Source: Candidatus Limnocylindria bacterium (GTDB lineage Bacteria; Chloroflexota; Limnocylindria; QHBO01). From it: a stretch of DNA of 64,000 nt. Each line of letters begins with the position of its first letter. Within the stretch, counting starts at the first letter, position 1. The notes below the pieces were generated by a model. It worked only from the letters and a program-made list of their open reading frames with translations, searched no databases and was not told the DNA's origin. Below are positions 1-12,995 of this stretch, piece by piece. The DNA is taken from NCBI GenBank assembly GCA_044866355.1, contig JBIOTW010000040.1:13827-77826 (forward strand). Reading direction: 5' to 3'. Made by a program: the position numbers and the translations under genes.

Positions 1-1146
1 CTGTTCGCCACGAACCAGCTCCTCGCCCTGCTCGACATCTTCTCGGGCGGTGGCCTGGCCACCGCCTCGATCATCGGTCTGGGGCTCAACCCCTACATCA
101 ATGCCAGCATCATCATGCAGCTGATGCAGGGGGTCATCCCGCGCCTGGGCGAGCTGGCGCGGGAAGGCGAATACGGTCGCAACCGGCTGCAGCAGTACAC
201 CCGCTACCTGACCGTGCCGCTGGCGGCCGCGCAGGGCTTTGGCTTCTCGGTCCTGCTTCAGAACGCCGGGGTCATCCCGGTCTCGCCGTTCTTCAGCTTC
301 GAGACCTTCTCGCTCCTCATCGCCTGGACGACCGGGACCATCCTGCTCATGTGGCTGGGCGAGCTCATCAGCGAGCGCGGCCTGGGCAACGGCATCAGCT
401 TCATCATCTTCGCCGGCATCGTGGGTCGGCTTCCGGACCAGGCCGCACCGATCATCACCGCCCCCGACGGGCTGCTGAGGATCGCGCCGTTCATCGTGGT
501 CGCGGTGGTCATCATCGCGGCCGTGGTGTTCGTGAACGAGGGCCAGCGCCGGGTCCCGGTCCAATACGCATCGCGCGTCCGCGGTCGGCGCATGTACCAG
601 GGCCAGACTCAATACCTGCCCATGAAAGTGACGATGGCCGGCGTGATCCCGATCATCTTCGCGGTCAGCATCCTGCTCTTCCCGGCCCAGATCGCCCAGT
701 ACTTCACCACCAGCAGCAACGAGGTGGTGGCCGACGTCGCGACCTGGATCAGCACCGTGCTGAGCCCGCAGACGCCGGTGGTGTACGGGATCCTCTATTT
801 CGTGCTGGTCGTGTTCTTCACCTACTTCTACACCGCGTTCCAGTTCAAACCTGACCAGACCGCCGACTTCCTGCGCAAGAACGGGGGGTTCATCCCCGGC
901 ATTCGTCCGGGGCGACCGACCGAGGACTTCCTGACGCGCGTCGCCAACCGAATCACGCTGGGCGGCGCCCTGTTCCTGGGGGTCGTGGCCGTGACGCCGC
1001 TGCTCATCTCGGCATTCATCCCGGGAACCGAGGCGATCCAGCTGGGCGGGACGAGCATCCTGATCGTGGTGTCGGTCGTGGTCGAGACCATGAAGCAGCT
1101 GGAAGCGCAGATGCTCATGCGTCATTACGAGGGCTTCATCCGGTGA
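1..1146 (+). CDS. secY: Preprotein translocase subunit SecY, C-terminal part (5' end lies upstream of the window)
   Basis: Frame 1 is open from base 1 (LFATNQLLALLDIFSGGGLATASIIGLGLNPYINASIIMQLMQGVIPRLGELAREGEYGRNRLQQYTRYLTVPLAAAQ...). It has the SecY TM-helix pattern and the conserved C-terminal region. It is followed by adk and map as in the spc operon. Confidence 0.9.
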   Translation: MFATNQLLALLDIFSGGGLATASIIGLGLNPYINASIIMQLMQGVIPRLGELAREGEYGRNRLQQYTRYLTVPLAAAQGFGFSVLLQNAGVIPVSPFFSFETFSLLIAWTTGTILLMWLGELISERGLGNGISFIIFAGIVGRLPDQAAPIITAPDGLLRIAPFIVVAVVIIAAVVFVNEGQRRVPVQYASRVRGRRMYQGQTQYLPMKVTMAGVIPIIFAVSILLFPAQIAQYFTTSSNEVVADVATWISTVLSPQTPVVYGILYFVLVVFFTYFYTAFQFKPDQTADFLRKNGGFIPGIRPGRPTEDFLTRVANRITLGGALFLGVVAVTPLLISAFIPGTEAIQLGGTSILIVVSVVVETMKQLEAQMLMRHYEGFIR

Positions 1147-1799
1147 TCCTCGTCCTGGTGGGCGCGGTCGGCGCCGGCAAGGGCACGCAGGCATCGATCC
1201 TGGCTCGGGAGAGCGGTCTGCTGCATCTGGCCACGGGCGACCTGTTTCGACGGGCGCTGGACGAGGGGACGTCACTCGGCGAGGTCGCGAGCGCCTACAT
1301 GCGGCGCGGCGGGCTGGTCCCCGACGACATCACCGTCGGCATGGTGGCCGAGGCCCTCACCGATCCTGCCGCCGCGGCCGGTGTCGTATTCGATGGCTTT
1401 CCCCGCACCCTGGCCCAGGCGCAGGCCCTCGACCGGATGCTGGCCGAGCGGGACATGAAGATCACGCGCGCCGTGTTCATCGAGGTCCCGGAGGACGTCC
1501 TCGTGGCCCGCGTCGCTGGTCGCTGGGTGTGCCCCGAATGCGGCACTCCCTATCACCTCACCGATGACCCGCCGCGCCAGCCCGGCATCTGCGATAAAGA
1601 CGGCGCAACCCTCGTGCAGCGCGAGGACGACCGACCCGAGGTGTTTCGGGCCCGCCTGCGTGAGCAGATGGCGCCCCTGGAGGACGTGGTGGCGTATTAC
1701 GCGGACCGCGGGCTACTGGCACGGGTCGACGGCCGCCAGCCCATCGAGGCGGTTACGGCCGCCATTCGAGATGCCGTGACCGGTGAGCAGGAGACGTGA
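1143..1799 (+). CDS. adk: Adenylate kinase
   Basis: P-loop GAVGAGKGTQA is present. The Zn-lid pattern CPECG...C..DG is present. The GTG start overlaps the secY stop (GTGA). Confidence 0.93.
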   Translation: MILVLVGAVGAGKGTQASILARESGLLHLATGDLFRRALDEGTSLGEVASAYMRRGGLVPDDITVGMVAEALTDPAAAAGVVFDGFPRTLAQAQALDRMLAERDMKITRAVFIEVPEDVLVARVAGRWVCPECGTPYHLTDDPPRQPGICDKDGATLVQREDDRPEVFRARLREQMAPLEDVVAYYADRGLLARVDGRQPIEAVTAAIRDAVTGEQET

Positions 1800-2581
1800 T
1801 GGGCATCTCCCTGCGCCGGGCCAACGCGACCATCAAACGCCCCGAAGAGGTGGCGCGCATGCGTCACGCGGGCACGATCCTGGTGGCCCTCCTCGACAAG
1901 CTGGAGGCTGCCCTCGCCCCGGGGGTGACAACCGCTGAGCTCGACGCCCTGGCGGCGGAGCACATCCGCCAGGCTGGAGCCGTGTCGTCGTTCAAGGGTT
2001 ATGGCTCCAACCCACCATTTCCCGGGACCATCTGCACGTCGCTCAATGACGAGGTCGTGCACGGCATTCCATCTCCCAAGCGACGGATCCGCGACGGCGA
2101 CCTCATCGCCCTGGACGTCGGCTGCATCTGGGAGGGCTGGCACGCGGATTGTGCGCGCACGTTTGGGATCGGCACGATTACGCCTGCCGCCACCACACTC
2201 GTCGAGGCTACCCGCGACGCTCTGTCGGCCGGAATCGCGGCCGCCGTGCCCGGCAACCGGCTGGGCGACGTCGGAGCGGCGATCGAGGCGGTCGCCAACC
2301 ACCACGGGTTCGGGATTGTGCGGCCCTTCGTGGGCCACGGGATCGGGACGAGCATGCACGAGGAGCCGCAGGTCCCCAATTACGGGCGGCCCGGAACCGG
2401 GATGCAGCTCGAGGTCGGACTGTGCCTTGCCATCGAGCCGATGTTCAACCTGGGTGGCGACGAGGTCCGGCTGCGCGAGGATGGCTGGACGGTGGTGACC
2501 GCCGACAGATCGCTGTCGGCCCACTTCGAGGACACGATCGTTGTTACCCCTGGCGTCGCGGAGCGTCTTACGGCCGCCTGA
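1796..2581 (+). CDS. map: Methionine aminopeptidase type I
   Basis: Motifs HGIPS...DLIALDVG..GWHADCART and HGIGTSMHEEPQVPNY are present. The start overlaps the adk stop. Confidence 0.92.
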   Translation: MMGISLRRANATIKRPEEVARMRHAGTILVALLDKLEAALAPGVTTAELDALAAEHIRQAGAVSSFKGYGSNPPFPGTICTSLNDEVVHGIPSPKRRIRDGDLIALDVGCIWEGWHADCARTFGIGTITPAATTLVEATRDALSAGIAAAVPGNRLGDVGAAIEAVANHHGFGIVRPFVGHGIGTSMHEEPQVPNYGRPGTGMQLEVGLCLAIEPMFNLGGDEVRLREDGWTVVTADRSLSAHFEDTIVVTPGVAERLTAA

Positions 2582-2799
2582 GGGCGCGTCTCCGGCCGCG
2601 TCGCGCGCCAGCGGCGGCGGCTATACTGGCCTCCCCTCCCCCGACGACTAGTTCGAGGAGACGCCTTTGCTCGAGGTTGGGGCGATATCGGTCGAGCCAG
2701 ACCGATGAAGCTCCACTCCACGCCGGACGTCCGGCCTCCAAGGGGGGAATCCACCCAGGCCCGTGGCAGCAATGCGCCGGGCCTTTTCCGTGCCCGCTG
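2582..2799. promoter_or_regulatory. 218-bp leader upstream of purA containing a TATACT element and a GC hairpin (GGCCCG-N14-CGGGCC, 2758-2783) followed by TTTTCC 17 nt before the purA ATG; possible attenuator or regulatory leader of the pur operon
   Basis: This is the only sizeable intergenic gap in the first 16 kb. The stem, loop and U-rich tail were read directly from the sequence. No recognisable purine or ZTP riboswitch core was found. Confidence 0.3.
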
Positions 2800-4134
2800 A
2801 TGCCGGCAACCGTCGTAGTCGGGCTGCAGTGGGGCGACGAGGGCAAGGGCAAAGCGGTTGACCTCCTGGCCCGTTCGGGCGCGGTCGTGGTGCGCTTCCA
2901 GGGAGGCGACAACGCCGGGCACACGGTCAAGGTCGGGCAAGAGGTCTTCAAGCTGCATCTCATCCCCTCGGGAGTGCTCCACCCGGACGTCACACCGGTC
3001 ATCGGCCACGGCGTGGTAGTCAACCCCCGCGTCCTGCTGGACGAGATCGCGATGCTCGAGGCCCGGGGGATCGGGACGCATCGGCTCCGGGTGAGCGCCC
3101 AGGCGCACGTCGTCATGCCCTACCACCTGGCGCTCGACAGTGCGATGGAGGACCGGCTGGCCAAGGAGGAGATTGGCACCACGCGGCGCGGGATCGGCCC
3201 GGCCTACGCCGACCGTGCCCTCCGCATCGGCATACGGGTGGAGGACCTGCTCGACCCCTCCGGATTGCGGGCCAAGCTCGAGCGGGTGGTTCCACAGAAG
3301 GACGCCCTCCTGGCCGCGGTCGGAGGTTCCGCACGCCGCGCGGGCGGGCTCGACATCGAGGCCCTGCACGCGGATGCGGTGGAGTGGGGAAAGGCGCTGG
3401 CCGGCCTGGTCACCGACACGACTCGCCTGGTGCAGGATGCGCTGGCTGAGGGCAGGCAGGTCCTGTGCGAAGGGGCGCAGGGCACCCTTCTGGACCTCGA
3501 CCACGGAACCTACCCGTATGTGACGTCCTCCAGCCCGACCGCCGCAGGCGCGTGCGTCGGCGCCGGCCTGGCCCCGTCCCAGATTGACGAGGTCGTCGGG
3601 GTGATGAAGGCGTATGCCACGCGGGTCGGCAGCGGTCCCTTCCCCACCGAGCTCCACGACGACCGCGGCGGCACCCACCTCAGCGAGCGGGGACAGGAGT
3701 ACGGGACGACCACTGGCCGTCGCCGACGCTGCGGCTGGTTTGATGCGGTGTCCCTGCGTTATGCCGCGCGTATCAATGGCGTGACCTCGATCATGCTGAA
3801 CAAGCTGGATGTCCTGACCGGCCTGGGTGAGATCCGCACCGCGGTCGCCTACGAGATCGATGGAGTCGAGGTAACGGATTGGCCGCTCCCACTCGACCTC
3901 CTGTCGCGAGCCCGTCCGCTGTACCGCCACTTCCCGGGTTGGGACGAGGACCTCGCTGACGCGCGGAGCATGGCTGACCTGCCGCCTGCGGCGGCTCGGT
4001 ATGTCGACGCCCTGGAGGAGCTCGCGGGAGTGGCCATCACCATCGTCAGCGTTGGCCCCGAGCGCGCGCAGACGCTCGCTCGACTCGCCGGGGCAGAGGA
4101 GCAGGTGCCCGTGGCCGCGGGGGCAAGGGCATGA
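2800..4134 (+). CDS. purA: Adenylosuccinate synthetase
   Basis: The protein begins MPATVVVGLQWGDEGKGKAVD...GGDNAGHTV, which is the canonical PurA P-loop. The true ATG at 2800 lies inside the longer artefactual ORF 2149..4134. Confidence 0.93.
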   Translation: MPATVVVGLQWGDEGKGKAVDLLARSGAVVVRFQGGDNAGHTVKVGQEVFKLHLIPSGVLHPDVTPVIGHGVVVNPRVLLDEIAMLEARGIGTHRLRVSAQAHVVMPYHLALDSAMEDRLAKEEIGTTRRGIGPAYADRALRIGIRVEDLLDPSGLRAKLERVVPQKDALLAAVGGSARRAGGLDIEALHADAVEWGKALAGLVTDTTRLVQDALAEGRQVLCEGAQGTLLDLDHGTYPYVTSSSPTAAGACVGAGLAPSQIDEVVGVMKAYATRVGSGPFPTELHDDRGGTHLSERGQEYGTTTGRRRRCGWFDAVSLRYAARINGVTSIMLNKLDVLTGLGEIRTAVAYEIDGVEVTDWPLPLDLLSRARPLYRHFPGWDEDLADARSMADLPPAAARYVDALEELAGVAITIVSVGPERAQTLARLAGAEEQVPVAAGARA

Positions 4135-5507
4135 GAGTCCCGCGGCGCGTCATGGTGATCGGCCGAGGCGCGCGCGAGCACGCACTGGCCTGGTGCCTCG
4201 CCTCGGAACCCGGCATGGAAGCCGTCCACGTCGCGCCCGGCAGCCAGGGCATGACCGACGTCGCCCAGGTCTGGCCATCGGCTGGTTTGGCTGAGCTCGG
4301 GTCGCTGGTGGATCTGGTCGGCGTCGTCGAGCCGGATCTGGTGGTGGTCGGACCCGAAGCTCCGCTGGCGGAAGGGCTCACCGACCGGCTGGCGGAGGCG
4401 GATTGGACAGTCTTTGGTCCGATGCAGGCTGCCGCCCGGCTCGAGACCAGCAAGGCCTTCTGCCGCGAGGTCGCCGATGTGGCCGGGATCCCCGTGGCCG
4501 ATGGCGCCAGCTTCGATGAGGTTGGGCCGGCGCTGACGTTTGTCCGGCGCCTCGGAGCTCCGGTGGTCGTGAAGGCCGACGGGTTGGCGGCCGGCAAGGG
4601 CGTGACCGTGTGCGCGACGACCGAAGAAGCCGACTGGGCGATTCGGGCTGCGCTCGAGCAAGGCATCCACGGCGAGGCGGGTCGGCGGATCGTCATCGAG
4701 CGAGCCCTGATCGGCGCGGAGCTGTCGCTCATCGCCATCTGCGACGAGCGGGCGGCCGTGGCTCTGCCGGCCGCCCGGGACTACAAGCGCCTCGGCGATG
4801 GGGACCGTGGTCCGAACACCGGAGGCATGGGTGCCCTCTCGCCGGTACCTGACGTCGCCCCCGAGACCCTTCACGAACTTCTCGAGACGTTTCACCGGCC
4901 CGCGCTCCGGGAGATGGCCCGCCGGGGAACGCCGTTCCGGGGCGCGCTCTACGCAGGGCTCATGCTCACCGCCGACGGGCCTCGGCTCCTGGAGTTCAAC
5001 GTCCGCTTCGGCGACCCGGAAGCGCAGGCGATCCTGCCCGGGCTCCGCGAACCCCTCGGCCCGCTCCTCCTCGCCGCGGCCACGGGGAGCCTCTCTGCAT
5101 CGGCCGCATCGGCGCCCGCTGTGCGTGACGCTCCAGGCGATGTGTCAGTCGCCGTCGTCGTGGCGGCCGACGGATACCCGGCCACGCCTGTGGTGGGGGC
5201 GCCGATCGAAGGGATCGAGCAGGCAAGGGAACGTGGTGCGCTCGTCTTCCACGGCGCGATCCGGGAGCTGGGCGAGGACGACTCGGGGCGAACCGGTCGC
5301 TTTGTCACGGCCGGAGGCCGCGTGCTGAGCGTGGTGGGCCGGGGAGCCTCGGTCGGGGAGGCTCGCGCTGCGGCCTACGACGCGGCGGCGGCGATTCGGT
5401 TCCGCGGCTGCCACTACCGCCGTGACATCGGCCTCACGCTTACGTCGCCCACGGACGTCTCCGCCGCCGTAGCCGAGGCGAGCCCGGTCCTGGCGGGGCA
5501 ACGATGA
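4131..5507 (+). CDS. purD: Phosphoribosylamine--glycine ligase
   Basis: N-terminus MVIGRGAREHALAWCL and the ATP-grasp region match PurD. ATGA overlap with purA. Confidence 0.92.
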   Translation: MRVPRRVMVIGRGAREHALAWCLASEPGMEAVHVAPGSQGMTDVAQVWPSAGLAELGSLVDLVGVVEPDLVVVGPEAPLAEGLTDRLAEADWTVFGPMQAAARLETSKAFCREVADVAGIPVADGASFDEVGPALTFVRRLGAPVVVKADGLAAGKGVTVCATTEEADWAIRAALEQGIHGEAGRRIVIERALIGAELSLIAICDERAAVALPAARDYKRLGDGDRGPNTGGMGALSPVPDVAPETLHELLETFHRPALREMARRGTPFRGALYAGLMLTADGPRLLEFNVRFGDPEAQAILPGLREPLGPLLLAAATGSLSASAASAPAVRDAPGDVSVAVVVAADGYPATPVVGAPIEGIEQARERGALVFHGAIRELGEDDSGRTGRFVTAGGRVLSVVGRGASVGEARAAAYDAAAAIRFRGCHYRRDIGLTLTSPTDVSAAVAEASPVLAGQR

Positions 5508-6040
5508 GCAGCATCCCATTCGATGCGACGGGCGCGGACGGGCCGGTCACCGTATGGGTCCTCGTCGGCAGCGCCCGTGACCTCGAGCGCCTCGACGAGG
5601 TACGCGACGTGCTCGGCTGGTTCGGGGTCGGTTACGAGATGCACGTCGCCTCTGCCCACCGCACGCCTCGCCGAGTGCAGGAGCTCGCCGAGGGCGCCGC
5701 GGGCCGCGGCGTCCAAGTGATCGTGGCGGCAGCCGGCAAAGCAGCCGCCCTGCCAGGGGTCGTGGCCGCGTCCACCACACTTCCGGTGATCGGCCTGCCG
5801 CTCTCCTCCCGGGACCTGGGCGGCCTCGACGCACTCCTCAGCACGGTCCAGATGCCGCGCGGGGTGCCAGTGGCGACGGTGGCCATCGATGGCGCGGCCA
5901 ACGCGGCCCTCCTGGCCGTCACGATCTGTGCCCTGCAGGACGAGCGGCTGGCGCGCAGGCTGGCCGAATTCAAGGCAGCGCTGGCCGAAGGAAGCGACGT
6001 GATCGAGCTGGTGCGCGAGAAGGTCGAGGCCGGAGCATGA
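5504..6040 (+). CDS. purE: N5-carboxyaminoimidazole ribonucleotide mutase / AIR carboxylase catalytic subunit
   Basis: Motifs [12 protein letters not shown]...HVASAHRTP...[27 protein letters not shown] are present. No purK is present in the window. Confidence 0.9.
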   Translation: MSSIPFDATGADGPVTVWVLVGSARDLERLDEVRDVLGWFGVGYEMHVASAHRTPRRVQELAEGAAGRGVQVIVAAAGKAAALPGVVAASTTLPVIGLPLSSRDLGGLDALLSTVQMPRGVPVATVAIDGAANAALLAVTICALQDERLARRLAEFKAALAEGSDVIELVREKVEAGA

Positions 6041-7362
6041 TCCCGCGCTACACCCTGCCGGAGATGGGGGCCATCTGGTCGGAGGACGCGCGCTTCGCGC
6101 GGATGCTCGCCGTCGAGCTGGCAGTGGCGGAGGCCCAGGCGCGACGCGGCCTCATTCCGATGGACGCGCTGGCGGCCATCCAGCAGCGGGCACGGGTCGA
6201 CCTGCCACGGATCCGAGAGCTCGAGGAGACCACCGACCACGAGGTCGTGGCATTCGTGACCCAGCTGGCGGAATCCGTCGGGCCCGAAGGGAGATTCCTG
6301 CACCTTGGTCTGACCAGCTCCGACGTCCTCGACACGGGGCTGGCCATGCAGCTCGGCATGGCCTGGAATCGGCTCGAAGAGGACTTCGACCGGCTGATCG
6401 CGGAGGTGGTGCGGCGCGCCCGCGAGCACGCCGACACGGTCTTGATGGGCCGCACCCACGGGATCCACGCCGAGCCGATCACGCTCGGCCTCAAGCTGGC
6501 GTCGTGGGCCTTCGAGCTGGATCGGTCGCGTGCCCGGGTGGGGACCGCATTCGCCGCCGTCGCAGTCGGAAAGCTGTCTGGCCCGGTCGGCTCGAACTCC
6601 CACCTGGATCCGGATGTCGAGTCCGAGGTCCTGGCCGGGCTGGGGCTCGGCGTCGAGCCGGCAGCCACCCAGGTCGTGGCCCGAGACCGGCACGCGGCGC
6701 TCCTCGCCGCCGTGGCCGTGGCCGGGGGGACCCTGGAGCGCATGGCCACCGAGGTGCGCAACCTTCAGCACACCGAGATCGGCGAGGTTGCGGAGCCGGT
6801 CCGTCCCGGCCAAGCGGGGTCGTCGGCCATGCCCCACAAGCGCAACCCGATCACGGCCGAGCGCATCGCCGGCATGGCCCGCCTGCTCCGCGGCTACGCG
6901 CTGGCCGGACTGGAGAACGAGGCGCTGTGGCACGAGCGCGACATCACCCACTCCTCCGTGGAGCGCGTCGCCCTTCCCGACGCCACCACCCTGCTCGACT
7001 ACATGTTGGTTCGCATGGCCGCCATCGTTCGCGACATAGCCATCCACACCGGACGCATGCGCGAGAACATCGAGCGGGGGCTGGGGTTGTGGGCCTCGTC
7101 GAGCCTGCTGCTGGCGCTCGTGGAGCACGGGCTGGAACGGGAGCGGGCGTACCGGATCGTGCAGCGTGCGTCCGTCCGCGCGAGCGAGGAGCGGCGACCG
7201 TTCCGCGATGTGGCTACGGAGGATGCAGACGTGGCCCGCCTCGACCCCGCCGCCCTCGAGGCGTGCTTTGACGAGACCCACCTGCTGCGGAACGTGGCCA
7301 CCATTCTTCAACGGCTCGGCCGCCTGGAGCGCCAAGAGGAGCCCGCGCGTGTCGGTGGCTGA
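6037..7362 (+). CDS. purB: Adenylosuccinate lyase
   Basis: Fumarate-lyase signature [11 protein letters not shown] is present. The protein is 441 aa. Confidence 0.92.
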   Translation: MIPRYTLPEMGAIWSEDARFARMLAVELAVAEAQARRGLIPMDALAAIQQRARVDLPRIRELEETTDHEVVAFVTQLAESVGPEGRFLHLGLTSSDVLDTGLAMQLGMAWNRLEEDFDRLIAEVVRRAREHADTVLMGRTHGIHAEPITLGLKLASWAFELDRSRARVGTAFAAVAVGKLSGPVGSNSHLDPDVESEVLAGLGLGVEPAATQVVARDRHAALLAAVAVAGGTLERMATEVRNLQHTEIGEVAEPVRPGQAGSSAMPHKRNPITAERIAGMARLLRGYALAGLENEALWHERDITHSSVERVALPDATTLLDYMLVRMAAIVRDIAIHTGRMRENIERGLGLWASSSLLLALVEHGLERERAYRIVQRASVRASEERRPFRDVATEDADVARLDPAALEACFDETHLLRNVATILQRLGRLERQEEPARVGG

Positions 7363-8272
7363 AGGACGGCCGGGGCTCGAGCGAGCCTTCGTGCGGGCCG
7401 GCAAGGTCCGCGACATCTATCGGCTCGACGGCCGTCGGCTTGTGCTCGTCGCGTCCGATCGGCTCAGTGCCTTCGACATCGTCCTGCCGACCCTGATTCC
7501 GGATAAGGGAAAGGTCCTCACCGGCCTGTCTCGGTACTGGTTCGCAGCAACCGCGGCCGTGGTGCCGAACCACCTGCTCGGCACCGATCCCGCGAGCCTG
7601 CCCGAGCCGTTCGCCTCGCAAGCGGACGACTTCAGGGGGCGGATCATGATCTGCCAGGAGGTCGACGTCCTGCCTGTCGAAGCGATCGTGCGGGGGTACC
7701 TGGCCGGCACCGGGTGGAAGGAGTACCGGGACCACGGCTCGGTGTGCGGCATTTCGCTGCCACCGGGCCTGCGAGAAGCGGACCGCCTTCCCGAACCGCT
7801 GTTCACCCCGTCCACCAAGGAGACCCTTGGCCACGATCGGAACATCACCCACCAGGAGCTCGAGGCGCTGGTCGGGCCCGAGATGGCTGCCCAGCTGCGA
7901 GAAACGGCCCTGCAGCTGTATCGGGTCGCCGCGGCCCACGCCGAATCGGTCGGGCTCATCCTCGCCGACACCAAGTTCGAGTTCGGGGTCGAACCGACCA
8001 CCGGACGGCTCCTGCTGGTGGACGAGCTGCTCACCCCTGACTCGAGCCGCTTCTGGGATGGCGAGGCCTATCGGCCCGGAGAGGCGCAGGCCTCCTTCGA
8101 CAAGCAGTTCGTCCGCGACTGGCTGGAGTTGCAGGGCTGGGACAAGGCCCCGCCAGCTCCCGAGCTCCCGGAGGAGGTTGTGGCAGGCACCCACCGGCGC
8201 TACGCGGAGGCCTTTGCCCGACTGACCGGGATGCCGCTGGACCGATACCTGAGCGAGGACCGGGTTGCCTGA
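7349..8272 (+). CDS. purC: SAICAR synthetase
   Basis: Motifs [26 protein letters not shown] are present. The GTG start at 7349 overlaps the purB end. The track ORF extends upstream artefactually. Confidence 0.88.
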   Translation: MSVAEGRPGLERAFVRAGKVRDIYRLDGRRLVLVASDRLSAFDIVLPTLIPDKGKVLTGLSRYWFAATAAVVPNHLLGTDPASLPEPFASQADDFRGRIMICQEVDVLPVEAIVRGYLAGTGWKEYRDHGSVCGISLPPGLREADRLPEPLFTPSTKETLGHDRNITHQELEALVGPEMAAQLRETALQLYRVAAAHAESVGLILADTKFEFGVEPTTGRLLLVDELLTPDSSRFWDGEAYRPGEAQASFDKQFVRDWLELQGWDKAPPAPELPEEVVAGTHRRYAEAFARLTGMPLDRYLSEDRVA

Positions 8273-8516
8273 GTATCGCGTTGGGGTGTCGGTGCTTCCC
8301 AAGCCCGGCATGCTCGATCCCCAGGGTCAGGCCATCGAGCAGCGTCTTGGGCATCTCGAGATCTCGGGCGTCCGAGACGTACGGGTTGGCCGTCGCGTCG
8401 AGCTGACCGTCTCCGCGGCCGATGCACAGGAGGCCGAACGGATGGTTCGCCGCCTCGCCGAGCAGCTGCTGGCCAATCCCCTGATCGAGACCTTCTCCCT
8501 GGAGCCACTCGAATGA
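8265..8516 (+). CDS. purS: FGAM synthase subunit PurS
   Basis: 83 aa. YRVGVSVLPKPGMLDPQGQAIEQ aligns to the PurS N-terminus. TTG start. Confidence 0.85.
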   Translation: MPEYRVGVSVLPKPGMLDPQGQAIEQRLGHLEISGVRDVRVGRRVELTVSAADAQEAERMVRRLAEQLLANPLIETFSLEPLE

Positions 8517-9196
8517 GGGTTGGGGTCGTCGTCTTTCCGGGCTCGAACTGCGACCGCGAGGCGATGCGAGCGGTCGAGCTCGCGGGCGCCACGTCGGTCC
8601 GGCTTTGGCACGACGAGGCGGATCTCCACGGGGTCGACGCGGTCATCCTCCCGGGCGGATTCGCCTACGGTGACTACCTCCGGGCCGGCGTCCTGGCTCG
8701 TTTCAGCCCGGTCATGGGGCGCGTCGCCGATTTCGCCCGGGCAGGGCGACCGGTGCTCGGCATCTGTAACGGGTTCCAGGTTCTCACCGAGGCCCACCTC
8801 CTGCCCGGGGCGCTGCTCAGGAATGCGAGCCTGCAGTTCGTGCATCGCTGGGTCAGCGTCCGTCTCGAAGGGCGGGAGACGCCGTTCACGGCCGGTCTGC
8901 CCGAGGGAGGGGTCCTCAAGATGCCGGTGGCCCACGGCGAGGGTCGGTACTTCGACTGGCCCGACCACCTGGACCAGCTGGAGCGGGAGGGACAGGTCGT
9001 GTTCCGCTACGTCGACAATCCCAATGGGTCGCTGCGTGATATCGCCGGGATTCGGAACGCGGCCGGCAACGTCCTCGGGCTGATGCCGCATCCGGAGCGT
9101 GCGGCCGAGGATGTCCTCGGCTCCGACGACGGCATGCTGCTGTTCCGGGCGCTGGTCGAGAGCGCCGGCGCCGTGATGGCAAGGGCGGCTGGCTAG
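8513..9196 (+). CDS. purQ: FGAM synthase glutaminase subunit PurQ
   Basis: Class I GATase with [16 protein letters not shown]...GICNGFQVL...HGEGRY. ATGA overlap with purS. Confidence 0.92.
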   Translation: MRVGVVVFPGSNCDREAMRAVELAGATSVRLWHDEADLHGVDAVILPGGFAYGDYLRAGVLARFSPVMGRVADFARAGRPVLGICNGFQVLTEAHLLPGALLRNASLQFVHRWVSVRLEGRETPFTAGLPEGGVLKMPVAHGEGRYFDWPDHLDQLEREGQVVFRYVDNPNGSLRDIAGIRNAAGNVLGLMPHPERAAEDVLGSDDGMLLFRALVESAGAVMARAAG

Positions 9197-9201
9197 GCCC
9201 G

Positions 9202-11568
<2,367 letters not shown>

Positions 11569-11576
11569 GACGGGCC

Positions 11577-12995
11577 ATGTGTGGTGTGATCGGGGTCATG
11601 ACCAGGGGTGGCGGGGCCGCCGACCTCGCGACGCTCGGCCTCTTCGCGCTGCAACATCGCGGCCAGGAGTCGGCCGGGGTGGCCGTCAGCGACGGTGATC
11701 AAATCCTCGTCTACAAGGATCTTGGGCTCGTCGCGCAGGTCCTGGACGAGCGGCGAGTGCCCAAATTCCGCGGTGAGCTGGCGATCGCCCACTGCCGATA
11801 CTCGACAACCGGGTCGACCCTGTGGGAGAACGCGCAGCCAACGTTCCACCACGGCCCGCGCCGGGCGGTGGCGGTTGGACACAACGGCAACCTGGTCAAC
11901 ACGCGCGCCCTGCTTGATCTGCTCCCTGCCGGCCGCGGCGGCCTGGTGGGAACGACCGACACCGAGCTGTTGACTGCGCTCCTGGCTGCCGAGCCGGGCG
12001 ACGACCTGGTCGAAGCCCTGCGCAACCTGCTGCCCAAGGTCTCGGGCGCCTACGCGCTGGTCATCATCGATAAGGACCAGATCATCGGCGTCCGCGACCC
12101 GCATGGCTTCCGACCGCTCTCGCTGGGTCGGCTCCCGCGCGACGCCGGCTGGGTGCTCGCCTCTGAAACGGCCGCCCTGGACATCCTCGAGGCCGAGTTC
12201 GTCCGCGACGTGGCGCCGGGCGAGATGGTGGTCATGGATCGGGACGGCATCCGCAGCGAGCGGTTCGCCGAAGGTCGGCTGAACCTGTGCGTCTTCGAGC
12301 TGATCTACTTCGCCCGACCCGACTCGTACATGTTGGGCCGCAACCTGTACCAGGCCCGCCGTCGTATGGGCGAGGAGCTCGCGGCCGAGGCTCCCGCTGA
12401 GGCGGACCTGGTGGTCCCCGTGCCCGACACCGGGGCGCCTGCGGCCGCCGGGTTCGCAGAAGCCAGCGGGATCCCGTATGGCGAGGGGATGATCAAGAAC
12501 CGATACGTCGGACGGACATTCATCCAGCCGTCGCCGGTGCTTCGGCAACGAGGAGTGACCGTCAAGCTGAACCCGCTGCGCGAGGCGGTGGAGGGCCAGC
12601 GGCTGGTCGTGGTCGATGACTCCATCGTGCGGGGCACCACGACCCGCGAGATCGTCTCCATGCTCCGTCGGGCGGGGGCCGCCGAGATCCATCTGCGCAT
12701 CAGCGCTCCACCGATCTTTCACCCCTGCTTCTACGGGATCGACACCCAGATCGAGCGTGAGCTGATCGCCTCCCGCCTGAGTCTCGACGAGATCCGTCGG
12801 TTCGTGGATGCCGATTCGCTCGCCTACCTGTCGATCGGCGGGGTGCTCGGTGCGCTCGATCTGCGGCGTGACCTGTTCTGCTTCGCCTGCTTCGACGGCC
12901 AGTACCCGGTGCCCGTGCCCTATGACGTCGAGCACCACAAGTTCGTCCTCGAGGACCTGCCGATGGCAGGAATCGAGGCGCCCGCCGCGCGATGA
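11577..12995 (+). CDS. purF: Amidophosphoribosyltransferase, Fe-S type
   Basis: The N-terminal nucleophile MCGVIGV is present. The PRTase motif VVVDDSIVRGTT is present. C-terminal Cys ligands CFYGID and CFACFDGQYP are present. Confidence 0.92.
   Translation: MCGVIGVMTRGGGAADLATLGLFALQHRGQESAGVAVSDGDQILVYKDLGLVAQVLDERRVPKFRGELAIAHCRYSTTGSTLWENAQPTFHHGPRRAVAVGHNGNLVNTRALLDLLPAGRGGLVGTTDTELLTALLAAEPGDDLVEALRNLLPKVSGAYALVIIDKDQIIGVRDPHGFRPLSLGRLPRDAGWVLASETAALDILEAEFVRDVAPGEMVVMDRDGIRSERFAEGRLNLCVFELIYFARPDSYMLGRNLYQARRRMGEELAAEAPAEADLVVPVPDTGAPAAAGFAEASGIPYGEGMIKNRYVGRTFIQPSPVLRQRGVTVKLNPLREAVEGQRLVVVDDSIVRGTTTREIVSMLRRAGAAEIHLRISAPPIFHPCFYGIDTQIERELIASRLSLDEIRRFVDADSLAYLSIGGVLGALDLRRDLFCFACFDGQYPVPVPYDVEHHKFVLEDLPMAGIEAPAAR

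Noticed and set aside
2149-2799. Upstream extension of the purA ORF (track ORF starts at 2149) and similar 5' extensions of purC (7166), the ASKHA gene (28982), tsaB (32275), ispE (35194), the CorC gene (38101), ppdK (43748), rplM (19950) and rpsI (20405)
   Set aside because: The extensions overlap the preceding genes, encode Arg/Pro-rich junk and precede obvious conserved N-termini. Starts were reassigned to the in-frame ATG/GTG/TTG adjacent to the upstream stop.
2582-2799. ZTP (pfl) or purine riboswitch upstream of purA
   Set aside because: The GGGTCGTGAC / CCGCCTGGGCA-type ZTP cores and the purine-riboswitch U-rich junction were not found by eye. Only a generic hairpin is reported.
5632-7416. 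594-aa minus-strand ORF antisense to purE/purB and many other 100-500-aa overlapping ORFs in the track (e.g. 2380..3930-, 9193..10392-, 11340..12938-, 14284..15645-, 29540..31138-, 33945..35798-, 36219..37559-, 41719..43263-, 45500..47041-, 51655..52446-, 51839..52870-, 53006..54175-, 54227..55432-)
   Set aside because: All lie opposite or out of frame to strongly supported housekeeping CDS. They have R/A/G/P-biased composition and no motifs, which is expected in about 70% GC DNA where stop codons are rare.
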